Part shown: in pieces, positions 25,701 through 39,304 of the stretch | How the letters are laid out: each line of letters starts with the position of its first letter | Position numbering within the stretch: the stretch's first letter is position 1 | DNA from: Mobula hypostoma | Taxonomy: Eukaryota | Reading direction: 5' to 3' | NCBI RefSeq assembly: GCF_963921235.1 | Contig: NC_086097.1 | Location: 102,550,001-102,614,000 of the forward strand | Length of the DNA stretch: 64,000 bases | The notes under the pieces: model-generated | The model's database searches: none | What the model was told of the DNA's origin: nothing | Seen by the model: only the letters and a program-made list of their open reading frames with translations | Made by a program: the position numbers and the translations under genes

Positions 25701-26090
25701 AATTATAGAGGGGATTTGGCTCAGCTAAATCATCATTCCTTGGGATGTTGGAGAATGAAGGGCAACCTTGTAGAAGTGTTTAAACTTGTGAGGGGTATGG
25801 TTGAGGTGAGTTGTAACAGTCTTTTCCTCTGGATTTGAGAGCCAAAACATAGGTTTTATGGTGAGTGGAGAAAGATTTAAAGGGGACCTTTTTCGCACAG
25901 TGGTGAATATATGAATAAGCTACCAGAGGAAGAGGTTGAGACAGGTACAACAGCATCATTTACTAGATGCACAGAAGAGAAGAGCTTAAAGAAATATGGG
26001 CTGAATGCAGGAAATTGGAGCACCGTGATCACATGGACTGATTGGAGTGAAAGGCCTGTATCTGTGCGTTATTACTCTATGACCTTGGCT
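22745..26090 (+). mobile_element. Old, internally deleted CR1-like LINE (ORF1 esterase-like, EN and 3' remnants)
   Basis: GGATGGTGTGTTGCCTTCTGGGTG ORF1-type motif, EN-type TGGCAGCTCACTGTTC motif, CR1 3' end at 25400-26090. Boundaries approximate. Confidence 0.6.
22975..24115 (+). mobile_element. 5'-truncated RTE-type LINE (RT C-terminus + C2H2-like tail) inserted in CR1
   Basis: ELQYADD..IAH..EDL..MDAFARAYKLLGL.LNIKKTK; LQWVGHIIHMPDSRLPKTLLFSQL..GGQQKRFK. Boundaries approximate. Confidence 0.85.
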
Positions 26091-27336
26091 ACTGTGACAT
26101 AATCTCTTCAACCCAGGAATTCTGTACCTGGAAGGGCAAAGTCAGTAAGCAGAAAGGAAAACCACCTTCAGGTTCCCCTCCAAGTCAGTCCATCTTGATT
26201 TATAAACAAATTGCTGTTTCTCCGTAGTCATTGGTTCTGAATCCTAGAACTGTTTAGTCAATAGCACCATGGGAACACTTTCATGAGAAGATCCGCAGCT
26301 ATTCAAGAGGGTGGCTCATCACCACCACCTTTAGGGAAGTTAGAGTTGGGCAAATAAATGCTAACCTTGCTGGCAATACTCACATCATGAAAAATAAATG
26401 ACTACCCCAACAAGAGATGGTATGTCTGCAACTGTACATAGTTGTGAATATCCAGTGATTCAGTTTCAGGTAGTTGTCAGACAGATAGATAGGTAGATGG
26501 AGTTGGTCGATAAGACGGTTGGTGATGAAGCCTTCCTGATATCAAGAGGGAATTTCTGTTCTATATCATCCATTGGAGAAGTAGTGTGATTATATTAAAC
26601 CATTGGAGAAATTGAAAAAGGTTTTGTGATGTAGAGCAGGATATCGTCACTGGACTTGAGAAAGTCAACATTTTGACAAGAAGGGATTTGCAGCAAGATC
26701 AGTGGTGTAGAAGAACCTAAAGTACAAGTGGGAAACTTCACGGAGACTGCAGGTACAATCACCAGGGGATGTTAGAGTATATTATGATTTCCCACATTTT
26801 TTTTTGCAGGGTTTTTGAGTTTAGTTTAGGCTGCCTGGTTGCTGTTTGAAGTGACTGCCTCAGTCTTGACTCCACTTCTTAGATTTGGCATTTATCAGTG
26901 ATAATATAGAGTTTATTGATGCCTTGTTTGTTCTTGTAGCCTTAGCAAACTTTGACAGATCTGTATTCCACAGGTAGTCTTGAATTAACTATAAGCAAAA
27001 GATCTGTTGGATGGTCCTGAGATATGCACTCCATGTGAATCTGCTTAGACGGTAAGCCAGTTTGATCAAGGTTTTGTTGGTCCTGTGTGACCAAGCAAAA
27101 GTGGAAGTTGTTAAATCTAACCTAACTTTCACAGCCACTGGATAATAGGTGTCTGATGACACCACAGTTGCTGGCTAAATCAATGTTGGTGATGAATTGG
27201 TGTATAGGAGGAAATTCGATAATCAGGTTGGATGGTGCCACAGCAACAATATCTCCCTCAATGTCAGCAAAACTAGCTGATTATTGACTACAGGAGAGAG
27301 AACTTACTGATCCATGAGCCAGTCCTCATTAGATAT

Positions 27337-28119
27337 AGTCATAGTCATACTTTATTGATCCCGGGGGAAATTGGTTTTCGTTACAGTTGCACCATAAATA
27401 ATTAGTAATAATACCATAAATAATTAAATAGTAATATGTAAATTATGCCAGGAAATCAGTCCAGGACCAGCCTATTGGCTCAGGGTGTCTGACCCTCCAA
27501 GGGAGGATTTGTAAAGTTTGATGGCCACAGGCAGGAATGACTTCCTATGACGCTCTGTGTTTCATCTCAGTGGAATGAGTCTCTGGCTGAATGTACTCCT
27601 GTGCCCAAACAGTCCATTATGTAGTGGATGGGAGACATTGTCCAAGATGGCATGCAACTTGGACAGCATCCTCTTTTCAGACACACCGTCAGAGAGTCCA
27701 GTTCCATCCCCACAACATCACTGGCCTTACGAATGAGTTTTGATTCTGTTGGTGTCTGCTACCCTCAGCCTGCTGCCCCAGCACACAACAGCAAACATGA
27801 TTGCACTGGCCACCACAGACTTGTAGAACATCCTCAGCATTGTCCGACAGATGTTAAAGGACCTCAGCCTCCTCAGGAAATAGAGACGGCTCTAACCCTT
27901 CTTGTAGACAACCTCAGTGTTCTTTGACCAGTCCAGTTTATTGTCAATTCGTATCCCCAGATATTTGTAATCCTCCACCATGTCCACACTGACCCCCTGG
28001 ATGGAAACAGGGGTCACTGGTACCTTAGCTCTCCTCAGGTCTATCACCAGCTCCTTAGCCTTTTTCACATTAAGCTGCAGATAATTCTGCTCACACCATG
28101 TGACAAAGTTTCCAACCGC
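27337..28119 (-). mobile_element. Rex1/Babar-like LINE 3' fragment, copy A, inserted in an older LINE (~27150-28805, +)
   Basis: (ATGACT)n tail and TSD AGATAT (27331-27336 / 28120-28125). Closely similar to the copies at 34572 and 45233. Confidence 0.85.
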
Positions 28120-29329
28120 AGATATCAGAGCTGGAGAGGATAAGTAATTTTATACTGCTTGGCATTATCACATCAGGATCTGTCCAAGGACCAGCCCATT
28201 AAGTGCCATTTCAAAGAAGATACGATAGCTTCTACTTAAAGTTTGTGCAGATTTGTCTATCATCAAAAACTTTGACAAACTTCTATAGATGCACAGTGGA
28301 TTGTTCTAACTGCTTACATCACTGCCTGGTGTGGAAAGGGCAATGCTCAAGAACAGAAATGCCTAGAAAAGTGCTGGTTACAGCCCAGACCATCACAGGA
28401 AATGTCCTCCCACTATTGAGAAAGCTTACAAGGAGCCTTGCCACAAGGCAGCATCTATCTTCAAGGACAGCTACCTTCCGGGCCATGCTGTCTTCTAGTT
28501 ACCATTGGGAAGGAGGTGCAGTAGCTTTGAGTTCCACACCAACAAGTTCAGCAACTGTTATTACCCTAGGACCATCAGGTTCCTGAACCAATGTGGATAA
28601 CTTCACTCACCCAAACTGTGGACTCACTTTCAAGGACTCTACAACTGGCGTTCTCAGTATTGTATTTGCTCAGTTTGTCATTCTTTGTAGTTTTTCATTG
28701 GTTTTACTGTATTTCTTTGCCCTCCTATGAATGCCTGCAAGAAAATGAAACGCAGGGTAGTGTATGGTGACATGTACTTTGACAATAAATTAACTTTGAA
28801 CTTTGATCTCGTGCTCAAGACTGCAGTACTTCAGTTGCTGAAAGTACTCAATGTAACTCGAGGAGCATATGTTCTATGAGAAATGGTTAATGCTGAGAGT
28901 GGTTATTTTTGTTTTGAGGTCAGCAGTTTATTGTGGAACATGATGCGTGTGCAGATTATCCCATCAAATTGCTAACTAATTTGCCTGGTAAATGTTGGAG
29001 CTAAGATTACAGAACTGATCTACTTTGTTCTTATTTTGTGTACAACGTGACATGGCTGCTGTTTTTTATCTAGCTAATTGAACTTGATGCTTGCTTCAAA
29101 AAATAAGCTCCCTATGGCCTTGCAAATCATCTCATGAGGTACAAATACAATGCAGATCCCAAATAGTGTGCTGAGTGTCAGATCTTATTGTCTGATTTCC
29201 AACATTGACCCTGCCCTAAAATCATTTGGTCCATTTCTGTCTCTCCTTTCTCAATCTCTCTGCCTCTATCTCTGGAGACAGACTGTCTACTGCCATATTT
29301 TATTAACCTACAAATTTCCACGTTTATCT

Positions 29330-29965
29330 TGACTATACCTCTTCCCGCCCTGTGTCCTGTAAAAATGCTATTCCCTTTCCTTGATTCCTTCATCTCCACT
29401 GCATCTTTTCTTTGATGAGGCTTTTCTTTCCAGGACATCGAAGGTGTCCTCCTCCTTTAAAGAACAGTGTTTCCCTTCTCACCTTGCCCATCTCTTCCAT
29501 TTCCTAGACATGCGTGCTCACACCATCTTCTCGTTGCCTTAATGGGGATAGAGTTCTGTGTGTCCTCACGTAACACCCCAAGAGCATCTGCATCATTCTC
29601 TGCAACTTTCATTAGCTCTTCAACAGGGTCTTGCCACCAGACACATCTTTACCCTCTTCCCCCCCCCCCTCACCAGCTACTCTCTACTTTCTACACTCTT
29701 TTCATGATTTCCTTGTCCATTTATCCTTCCCCACTAATGTCCCTCCAGGCATATTTCCTTGCAAACGACAGAAATGCTACACCTCCTCCCTTACCCCCAT
29801 TCATGGTCCAAAGCAGCCCTTCCAGGTGAGGCAACACTTTACATACAAATCTATCGTGGGTATCTATTGTATCTGATGCTCCTAATGCAGCTTTCTAGTA
29901 TTGGTGAGACCCAACATAAATTGGTAATCGCCTTGCCAAGCATTCCAGCTCCATCAGCCAAAAGC
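29330..29965 (+). mobile_element. Degenerate Penelope-like element fragment (RT end / GIY-YIG start)
   Basis: PGIFPCKRQKCYT..IHGPKQPFQVRQHFT.KS.VGIYCI and IGETQHKL. Boundaries approximate. Confidence 0.75.
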
Positions 29966-31058
29966 TTCATATCCTAAAGTTAAGTACATAATTGCACTGC
30001 CTTCCCTGTCCAAAAGAGAGGATTTTCTATATTCTGCATTCCTGTATGCAGTGCAAGAATTGTGTGCCCATTGCACCTTTGCACTGACTATCCCAGCTAA
30101 TAATTGGTAATTAAAATCATCCAAGGTTCAAAGTACTTTATACAACCTTCAGATTCATTTCCTTACTGGCAGCTATGAGACAAAGAACACCAGTAGAACC
30201 CATTAAAAACAAAAGGAGACAGTCAAACAACCAATGTGCAAAGAGAAAAATACAAATTCTGCAAACAATAAAGCAAGCAAACAGCATTCATAACTGAAGT
30301 TCACAACACCAGGCATCACTGCTGCTGGTCTAGCAGAGTTGAGCAAACTTAAACTTGACTCCCCAACTAATTCAACCCGGCTAAGTGCTTAAATCATCCT
30401 AACAGTGGGTTGTTTCTTGCCCATGGACTTGGGCTTCGCTTCCTCGATAAGGCCAGTACCTGACCTTTCCAATTTGGCTCATCTCTTAAATCAATCAAAC
30501 CTTTGTGCCAAAAGTTAAGGACTGTTCACAGATCTGATAGAAATAAGCTTTGAACACACAATGCTGCAAACAACTCATTTAATTGCCAAGTTACTAAAAG
30601 TGGTACTCGTCTTGGAAACACGCCTGGGTCCCTCTAACTGCAGCGCCCCATTCCACAGTGTCAGTTGTGACCTGACCTGTGGTTAGTCCAAATGCAAGAG
30701 ACCTCACCAGCGGTGTGCTCATTTTTTTTTAATATACTCTGGTCACTTCTCTCTGACCCCACCTGGGTCGATCCTTTGTCCAGCTCAACCCATCACGTGA
30801 CCATTACCTTGGGCACTACAGGCCTAGGTCTGCAGAGACAATACCTTGGTCACCCAGCACCCAGGTCACCCTTCCCCAACACATCACACATTTGGTCCCA
30901 GCAATTGTTCCTTGGGCTCTCTGACTGACATTGGACCTTTCCACACCTCACTTTGCCTCCATCTGTTCCAGCACCTCTAGCCTGGACACGCTATGACCAT
31001 CCTGCCCCAGCAAGACTCCAGCCACAGCACGAAAGAGCCAGATCACAAAGGCAATTCA

Positions 31059-32015
31059 GGCTATGTCCACATTACGCCAGATAATTTTGAAAACGAAGCT
31101 TTTTCTCTTCGTTTTGAGCTTCTATCCACACTGAAACGATGTTTTCGGCCCCCGAAAATGGAGATTTTCAGAAACTGTCTCCAGAGTGAATAAATCTGAA
31201 AACGCCTAATATCCTTGCAGTGTGAACGGGGTAACCGGAGCTTTTTAAAACCACTGTCATGACGTGCCGGAACAGATGGCGACAGAGCGGCATTTCATTG
31301 TCATCTTCTTCTTATTATTACTACTTTACTGTCGCCAAAAGATACTAGAGCGATATCATCACAGCGATATTTGATTCTGCGCTTCACAGAACTTAACAAT
31401 TTCAGAACAGATGGCAACAAGACTGAAGCCAGAAGAGTTAGAAATGTACTCACCAAATACTTTGACCCATAGTGAATAAATAAGTATACTCACTTTGCCC
31501 TGTTTTCTGTCCTTACTTGTATGAAGGTGGTTTACCTACTTATGCAAGTACTTCTCTGATAATAGATGTGTAACAGCCTAAGGTAACATTGTATGGAAAT
31601 ACAAGATAACACTGATGCAGACATGTTTTATACATTTAACAAGGTGCTTTATTAATGCAACAGTTAGTCAGTTTTTCAGTGTTCGTCGTCAGCCAGGTCA
31701 TACTGTCCGTGAATTCCCTGTCGGTCGCCTCCATACGCTCCAGTATTTGTTTTAGTTTTAAGTCCTCCTGCGCGAGAGCCAAGAGCAATTCCTTTTAAGT
31801 TTTTCTACTCTGTAACTGGACAAATGCATACCAAGTATACCGTTTCCTCTTTGCTTGTTTTCTGTGTATCCTGTGCATGCCCAGTAGGAGGAGATTCACC
31901 CAAATATCCGTCTAATGTGGACAGAGATATTTTGAAAAACACTTGGTGTGGAGGGCTGTTGTTTTTACTCAAAACCGGCATTTTCAAAACTATCTGGCAT
32001 AGTGTGGAGATAGCC
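31059..32015. mobile_element. PIF/Harbinger non-autonomous element
   Basis: TIRs GGCTATGTCCACA / TGTGGAGATAGCC and 3-bp TSD TCA/TCA. Confidence 0.85.
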
Positions 32016-32448
32016 TCAGCTCAACTCTGACAGGAAGCTACAGGTCACAGTTTGCAGCAATTGTTTACCAGAAAAAGTGTGAATAGCGAAGTATTTAGTT
32101 GCCTTCTTTGTTTCATTGACCACCAGAAAGTTGCCGCTCAAACTAGTGAGTAGCACTATTTTAAACCAGAAGACACCAGGACATACCATCTTTAATTACC
32201 CACAAAGTTAATTTAAGACTGCACATGAATAAAATATGATGCACCCCACAATGTAGTTACAATCATATTACAAAATAGAGTATCCTAATACAATATATGA
32301 TCTACACACATTTACACATCTCCATTACTAATGGAATATTCTGCCCTGTGTGGCGGGAAAGCACCATAAAGCCAACGCATTATAAGAATATAAAGGCATT
32401 GAAGTGCGCACACTCAGTGCAGTGACAGCAGAATGACAAGGCAATAGT

Positions 32449-32475
<27 letters not shown>
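32449..32475. repeat. (TG)n microsatellite
   Basis: Directly visible. Confidence 0.95.
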
Positions 32476-32479
<4 letters not shown>

Positions 32480-32740
32480 GCGCATGTGTACAGAGTGTGT
32501 GTACTAAGCGTTCTCCATAATAATTGTCATATGTACCAAGAATACAATGAAAAGCTTTAGTTGCTGTGCAATTCAGACCAATCATTCCAGACATAGTATG
32601 TGGAGATAGTAAAATCACGCAGAATATGGTGTTACAGTTACAGAGGACATGATGTGTAGCTAAGACAAAGTGCAGTTGGAAGAGGTATAGCAGCTGCCGC
32701 ATCAGTGCTAAGCGTCAGGAAAAAAAATGTTCATTTAGAT

Positions 32741-32819
32741 CGGGGTTCCCAACCTGGGGTCCACAGACCCCTCGGTTAACGGTAAGGGTCCTTGGCATAA
32801 CAAAGTTTGGGAACCCTTG
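32741..32819. mobile_element. ~80-bp hAT-type MITE (second copy at 53730-53809)
   Basis: GGGGTTCCCAACC / TTTGGGAACCCTTG termini and 8-bp TSD ATTTAGAT/ATTTATAT. Confidence 0.7.
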
Positions 32820-33208
32820 ATTTATATGACAACAACACTGGTAAGCTATTGATAGGGGAGGACAGTTGGAAGTGGAGCAACAAATGTTAGTGGTGTGTAA
32901 TCAGAAGAGAGCAAAAGTGTGAATGAAAAGGTAAACTAGTATGAATCAAACCAAGTATCTTTGTAATTGTGAAGCAGACAGGTGGTGAAAGAAAAATACC
33001 ATTGTGTGGCAGAGCGCCCCAGGATGAATTGAAGTGGGAGCATATTTCAGGGCTTATGATAACTATAATACATTTTAACAGTTATGTTATCAACTGATCC
33101 ACAAAACTGCTTTGTCATGGAAAATGATCTGTGTTGGAATTCTTGTACAAAAGTAAAAAAAATTTGCAATCTATGTTTATTCTAAATACTGGATTTGTGT
33201 TTCCATAG

Positions 33209-33339
33209 AATCCTGCGAGCCAATTACCTGTAGGTGTGGCTGAACGAGCCCAAGACTTGTTCACTATTATATTCATGTATATTGTGGACATGCTGATTTG
33301 GACAGAGGACAAAGAGCTGCATCCAAGACTGCAACCAAG
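33209..33339 (+). CDS. UBR1: UBR1 exon (~exon 5): NPASQLPVGVAERAQDLFTIIFMYIVDMLIWTEDKELHPRLQP(R)
   Basis: ccatAG acceptor, AAG|GTATAT donor. 131 nt, phase 0->2, compatible with both neighbours. Resembles the recalled UBR1 segment [21 protein letters not shown]. Confidence 0.9.
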
Positions 33340-34571
33340 GTATATGATGTGAAATGTCCATTTTATCACTAACATGCTGATAATTGAAAGTACAAGAATA
33401 GGAGAATCGTGAATAGGAGTTGGCCATCCAGCCCTTTCTGCTTGATCTGTTTATTAAGATCGTGTCCTATTCCCATATTTTCCTGCCCTATCCCCATATC
33501 CTTTTATTCCCTAAATGTCAAGAAATCTGACGTGAATGAACCCAATGACTGAACTTCTACAGCCTTCCAAGTAGAGAATGCCAAAGGTTCACCACCCTCT
33601 GAGTGAAGAAATTTCTCTTCATCTGACTGCAACCCCTAACTTTATTCTCCTCAATTACTAGGATTGTTCTCCCTGCAACCAGTCCATTGAGTCCTGTAAG
33701 GTTCAATGAGATTACTTGCTCTAAATTAAGGAGAATATAGACCTGTTTGTTCAGGTTCTCAGAAGGCAAGTTTCTACGGGTATCGGTGGAATCAAGGTAG
33801 TGAATCTTCATCTCATTCCTCCTTTAGCATTGGCAAGGAGAAAAATATTATGCACAACACTCCATGTGCTGTATGACCAAGCCGTATACAATTGCAATAC
33901 GAGATATTTTTTTACTGGAGGTAGGAGACCAAAGATGCTGGAATTTGGAACAACAGACTATCTGCTGGAAGAACTCAGCAGGTAAAGCTGCATCTGTGGG
34001 AAGTAAGGAGTTGTAGATGAGTCCTGATGCAGGATTTCAACTGAAAACATCAGCATTTCCGTTCCTCCCACAGATCAAATCAAAATAAATTCAAATCAAG
34101 TTTAATTGTCATCCATACTATTGGTGGATTCAGCCGAACAAGACAACATTCCTCTGGAGCCAAGGTGCAAAAACATACATGTGCATTCAGTAACGAGAAA
34201 GGGAAAAAAAAAGATCATGATCACATAAGAAAACACATTTTAGTCCAAGACCCTGAGTGGCAAACCCTGCAAATTGACGGTTCCCAGCAGTCCAGCTTGC
34301 AATTCCACCAGTCCAATACTGGAGGGCAGTACTGACGGGAGAGGCCATTCCCAGATGCCACACTACAACACAAACCGGTGGCTTGAGACCTAGTCCTCGC
34401 GACAACCAGATAATGCTGTTGCCTCGCTGCCTGTCTTACCACCAAACAAGGGAAGTAGGCCTGGGGCAATCAACGTCCAGCAAGGCCTTGCAATTGTAAA
34501 AGAAACATCCAAGACAGTCACTGACAGTTTCATTACACACTGCTTTTGTGCCAACTCTAGTGCATCTGAGT

Positions 34572-35308
34572 AGTAGACTAAGGAGCTGGTGGTAGACCTG
34601 AGGAGAGCTAAGGTACCGGTGACCCCTGTTTCCATCCAGGGGGTCAGTGTGGATGTGGTGGAGGATTACAAATACCTGCGGATACAAATTGACAATAAAC
34701 TGGACTGGTCAAAGAACACTGAGGCTGTCTACAAGAAAGGTCAGAACCATCTCTATTTCCTGAGGAGACTGAGGTCCTTTAACATCTGCTGGACGATGCT
34801 GAGGATGTTCTACGGGTCTGTGGTGGCCAGTGCAATCATGTTTGCTGTTGTGTGCTGGGGCAGCAGGCTGAGGGTAGCAGACACCATCAGAATCAACAAA
34901 CTCATTCGTAAGGCCAGTGATGTTGTGGGGATGGAACTGGACTCTCTGACGGTGGTGTCTGAAAAGAGGATGCTGTCCAAGTTGTATGCCATCTTGGTCA
35001 ATGTCTCCCATCCACTACATAATGTACTGGGTGGGCACGGGAGTACATTCAGCCAGAGACTCATTCCACCGAGATGCAGCACAGAGCGTCATAGGAAGTC
35101 ATTCCTGCCTGTGGCCATCAAACTTTACAACTCCTCCCTTGGAGGGTCAGACATCCTGAGCCAATAGGCTGGTCCTGGACTTATTTCCTGGCATTATTTA
35201 CATAATACTATTTAATTATTTATGGTTTTATTACTATTTATTATTTATGGTGCAACTGTAACGAAAACCAATTTCCCCCGCGATCAGTAAAGTATGTCTA
35301 TGACTATA
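34572..35308 (+). mobile_element. Rex1/Babar-like LINE 3' fragment, copy B
   Basis: ORF 34589-35167 (YKYL..IDNKLDWSKNT..KKGQ..LYFLRRLRSF..HPLH..SFLPVAIKLYN). Tail AAAGTATGTCTATGACTAT. Confidence 0.88.
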
Positions 35309-36224
35309 GGCAGCAGGCTGGTCCCTACCCAAGTCAGCTCTTCCCAACAGCCCGTCCCAAATCCCTCAACCCGATGGACCAACACACCTTCTCCGAACTG
35401 CTGGCCAGCTCTCATGACAACCCAGCCGGCTTCTCTGAACAATGAGCAGCCCACTGATGCAGCAGACCTGCTATACACATAGTTATTGGAGTTGAGAATA
35501 GATGCAGGTGCTGCTCACCGTATTTAATTCTTTCAGCAGATTGTTTGGTGCTCAACAGTTCTTTACGGCTAAACTTAAATCCTCTCATGAAGGCAAACAG
35601 AATTTTTATCTTAATTGCCTGCTGTATCTGCAGATTAGATTTCAATGACTTGTGTACAGGTCCGTATAAACATTATTTTATTTATATATATCTTTATAAA
35701 ATGTACTCTGCATTTCTGTTTGTGCACTAAAGTGAATGGTCTCAAATTGTTCCACATTATATTCCATCTGCTATATTCTCCCCACTTAGTTTCTCTGTAC
35801 CATCTTGATGAGTCACAATATCCTTCTCACCACAATTCCATGTAAGTAAATTTAGAAATGTGACATTTGGTTCCCTTTGGCCGAATTGATTGTGAATAGC
35901 TGGGGCCCCAAACAACAGTAGCACTGCCCCAGTAGTCCCAGCCTCCCAATCAGAGAGAAACCGGTTTATTATTTCTCTTTGCTTTTACGATTGAATGTGG
36001 TAGTCAGATCTGTCATGCAGGAAATTGAGTTTCAGGCTGGATACAGTTTATTACACACCAAAAAGGGTTACAAAGGAAAACATCAATGCAAAAGCAGTTT
36101 ATTTCACTGAATGCATTCAGTTTTATTGACTGAACTCTATTAGATTACTTGGCCTATGGAGAGAAATCCAGTAAACATAACCAAAAGGAACAAGCTGAGT
36201 TTATGGTCTGGAAATTGGAAATGG

Positions 36225-36400
36225 ACAGAATGCCGGAGGAACTCAGCAGGTCAGGCAGTATCTATGGAAAAGTGTAAACGTCGACGGTTTGGGTGTTTCC
36301 AGTCCTGAAGAAGGGTCTCAGCCCAAAATTTACACTATTTCCTCTTTCCCATAGATGCTGCCTGACCTGCTGAGTTCCTCCAGTGTTTTGTGTGTGTTGT
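36225..36400. mobile_element. Inverted PLE terminal-repeat unit with a decayed hammerhead (CAGTCCTGAAGAAGGGTCTCAGCCCAAAA)
   Basis: Head-to-head arms GGAGGAACTCAGCAGGTCAGGCAG / CTGCCTGACCTGCTGAGTTCCTCC. Boundaries approximate. Confidence 0.75.
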
Positions 36401-37833
36401 GAAATGCAGTTCAAAGCTGTTACAGAGAATGAATTCAAAACACGAATGTTGGAAATGTCCTATAGATCAGGCAATATTCATCGAGAGAGTTCAAGTTTAT
36501 TGTCATTCTACTGTACACATATACAACCAAGCAAAACAGTATTTGTTGCATCATGGTGCTCCCACACAACATATATCAACTATAGCACATAAGCCAAAAT
36601 ATTATACTATAAGTTAATTAAAATATAATTCAAAATACATGTAATAAAGTACAGCACAGGTAAACAGCTCGCTAGCCGAGTGATGAGATTTCGGTGGTGG
36701 CTGGTTATTCATTAGTCTCACAGCCTGAAGGAAGAAGCTGTTACCCATTCTGGCAGTCCTAATGCTGGTGCTCCTGTACCACCTCCCTAAAGGTCGTGGG
36801 TCAAAGAGATAGTGGGATGGGGTGGTAGGGGTCCTCAACAATGCTTTGGGCCCTCCATCTGCCACACTCCCCAAAAAATGTCATAAATAAAGGGTGGGGA
36901 GGAGGGAGATGCCAGTGTTCCTCTCGGCGGTTTTTGCTATAGGATCTTGCAATCCAATGCCTTGCAGCTTCTGTACCATGCAATGATGCAGCCAGACGGG
37001 ACCTTCTCCCTGGTGCTCCTGGAGAAAGTTGTTAGAATGGGGGTAGGGAGCCTTGCACAAAGGGAAAACTAAGTTGTTATTGTTATAGGTTGATAAATTT
37101 GCAGCAGAACTGACTGGATAATAAGCCGCTTGAGGAACATCACCGTGCCTTCCATACGGCCTTCAAGTCTAAGCTCAAATTAAACAATATCAGATTTCAC
37201 TGTTTGTATCTAGATGCAGTACGTTGAGGTAGTAAGAAGGTAAACAATGCAGAATATTGTTGCAGTTACAGTGAAAGTGTAGTGTAGACAGGCAAATGAA
37301 AAAGTTGGAAGATGTATAGCAGCTGCAGTACCAGTGCTGGATGGCAGGAGCCCAAACAAGTTCATTTACATGAACAGCACCACTGTTATGCTATTGACGG
37401 AGGAGGAAGCAGCAGCATAGTTGGAGGTATATCTGTGCTGTGGGTTAACCAGCTGTAATATTAACATCCCACACTCGGCTATCTGATCTGCTCAACATTT
37501 CCGATATTACCCCTTTTATTCTCCACAACACTGCTGAGTACCGGCATGTGAGATCTTGCAATCCTTTCTAGTTAAATCAAAAACCTCTACAAAAGGGGTC
37601 GGCTTATACAAAGGTAGCATAAAAATGTCACTTTTTTAAACCTTGAAAATGGGGGTTCGGCTTATACTCCGGGCTGGCTTATACTCCGGAATATATGGTA
37701 ATTGTTTTCTTGTGTCACTTGCTTCAATGAGAGGATAACTGGTTGGATCATTATCCATGCTCTGTTGATTTCTGCAAAGGAGAGCGAAATGATTGTTACC
37801 CTGGATGTGATGCAACATAAAAAACACAATAAG

Positions 37834-39140
37834 TACACCCTATGCGGGGGATACGTTCCTCGCAGTTGACGCATAATGTGAAATCGCATAATGTGAATTA
37901 TTTAAAAAGAGAAAATAGTGCGGGTTTTCTAAATATGCTTTATCTGTAATTTATTCACATTTTCATACCAATACGACACAAAAGCAGTACTACAAGACAT
38001 TTGTATTATATTTCATCAATTTATGGTAATATTCAGTGTAGTAAATCATAGAAAGTTAACATCCTAGGGTGTATAGTACTTACCAACAGTGGCAGGTGTG
38101 TTCGCTCCGGGAGATGAGTGGTTGTTGTGGTGTCGGGCAGCTTTACATGGATAAGGTGGATGGTTGTGGTCGTCAGGATCATATCAAGCACAGCAAGGGG
38201 TGAAGGAAGACTCACAGAACTCTTAGAACTGCCAGCAGAAGGTGTTACTGATTTGAAGAAAGTGGTGAGGGTTGTTTGCTTGGCAGCATTTTGTTTTAAA
38301 TTTGTTTGTAGGGAAGAAGGGTTGACAGCAGGGAATGACTGAAATGCTGACTCCATTCTAAACATGGGTCCATGTCCATCACCATTTGTGCTAAGTGTTC
38401 CGACTTCCAGCATTCCCTCACCATGGGTAAACTCCTGGGATTTTCAAAATCGTCTGTTGCTTGCAGCATCTGAGAGATAGTTCGCGGTAAAAAAATACGC
38501 ATGCCTTGAATGTGGATTACACCTTGGGTGAGTGGTTGAATCAGTGATGTTGTGTTAAGCAGCAGGAAACGCACTGTTATGTTAGAATGAATACTGTCCA
38601 AATGTTTAGGATGGGTTAGCGCATTGTCAAGCAACAAACTAACTTTAAAGGCAAGATTCTGTTCCTGGCAGTAGTGTCCCAGAGCTGTGTTACCTTCAGC
38701 TGATGCTGCGCTGTTTATAATTTCCAACTTTTTTCAAGTGTTAAAGCGGTTCTCTGCCGCTCAGCTGACGGCCCAGGACATGACATCGGACGCTTAGGAG
38801 GCATAGTTAAATATTTCAAGCGCAAAATCACTGCACCGTAGGTTAAACCAACAGAAGTTTAAGATCGCGCATCCACACCTTGCCAAAACCAATGCGAGAG
38901 TGGCAGGAGAGAGATTGTGAGGTGCACGCGCACCTGATTTGTATTGCGGGAAAGCAGTGCTTCTTGTACCAAAGGTGAGACTGTGAGGTGTGCGCACTTG
39001 ACTTGTATTGGCGGGAAGGCAGTGCTCTTCGCATAACTGTGAATTTTGGACGCATATAACGAGACGTTGGTACAAATAGGTTCTTCACATAACTGTGAAG
39101 CTGCATTGTCTGAAGACGCATATAACGAGGATAGGGTGTA
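37834..39140 (-). mobile_element. Internally deleted Tigger/pogo element, copy 2
   Basis: TACACCCTAT ... ATAGGGTGTA termini. Same HTH/DDE deletion junction as copy 1 (EIINSAASAEGNTALG). Confidence 0.85.
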
Positions 39141-39304
39141 TAAAGAACACAATTAAAAACATTTTTTTAAATTAAATGCAATCGTGAACAATAGCCATAT
39201 CAGAAATGCTGATCAAGTCAGCTAATTCCCAAAGAGAACTCTGATAGGCTAATCAGATGGTTCACTGCTGCTCAGCAATAGAACACAAAAAAATCACGTA
39301 CAAT

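Noticed and set aside
37585..37700. Repeated GGCTTATAC motifs as a regulatory cluster
   Set aside because: Looks like the subterminal repeats and end of a decayed Tc1/mariner-type MITE (…GGAATATATGG|TA); too fragmentary to call.
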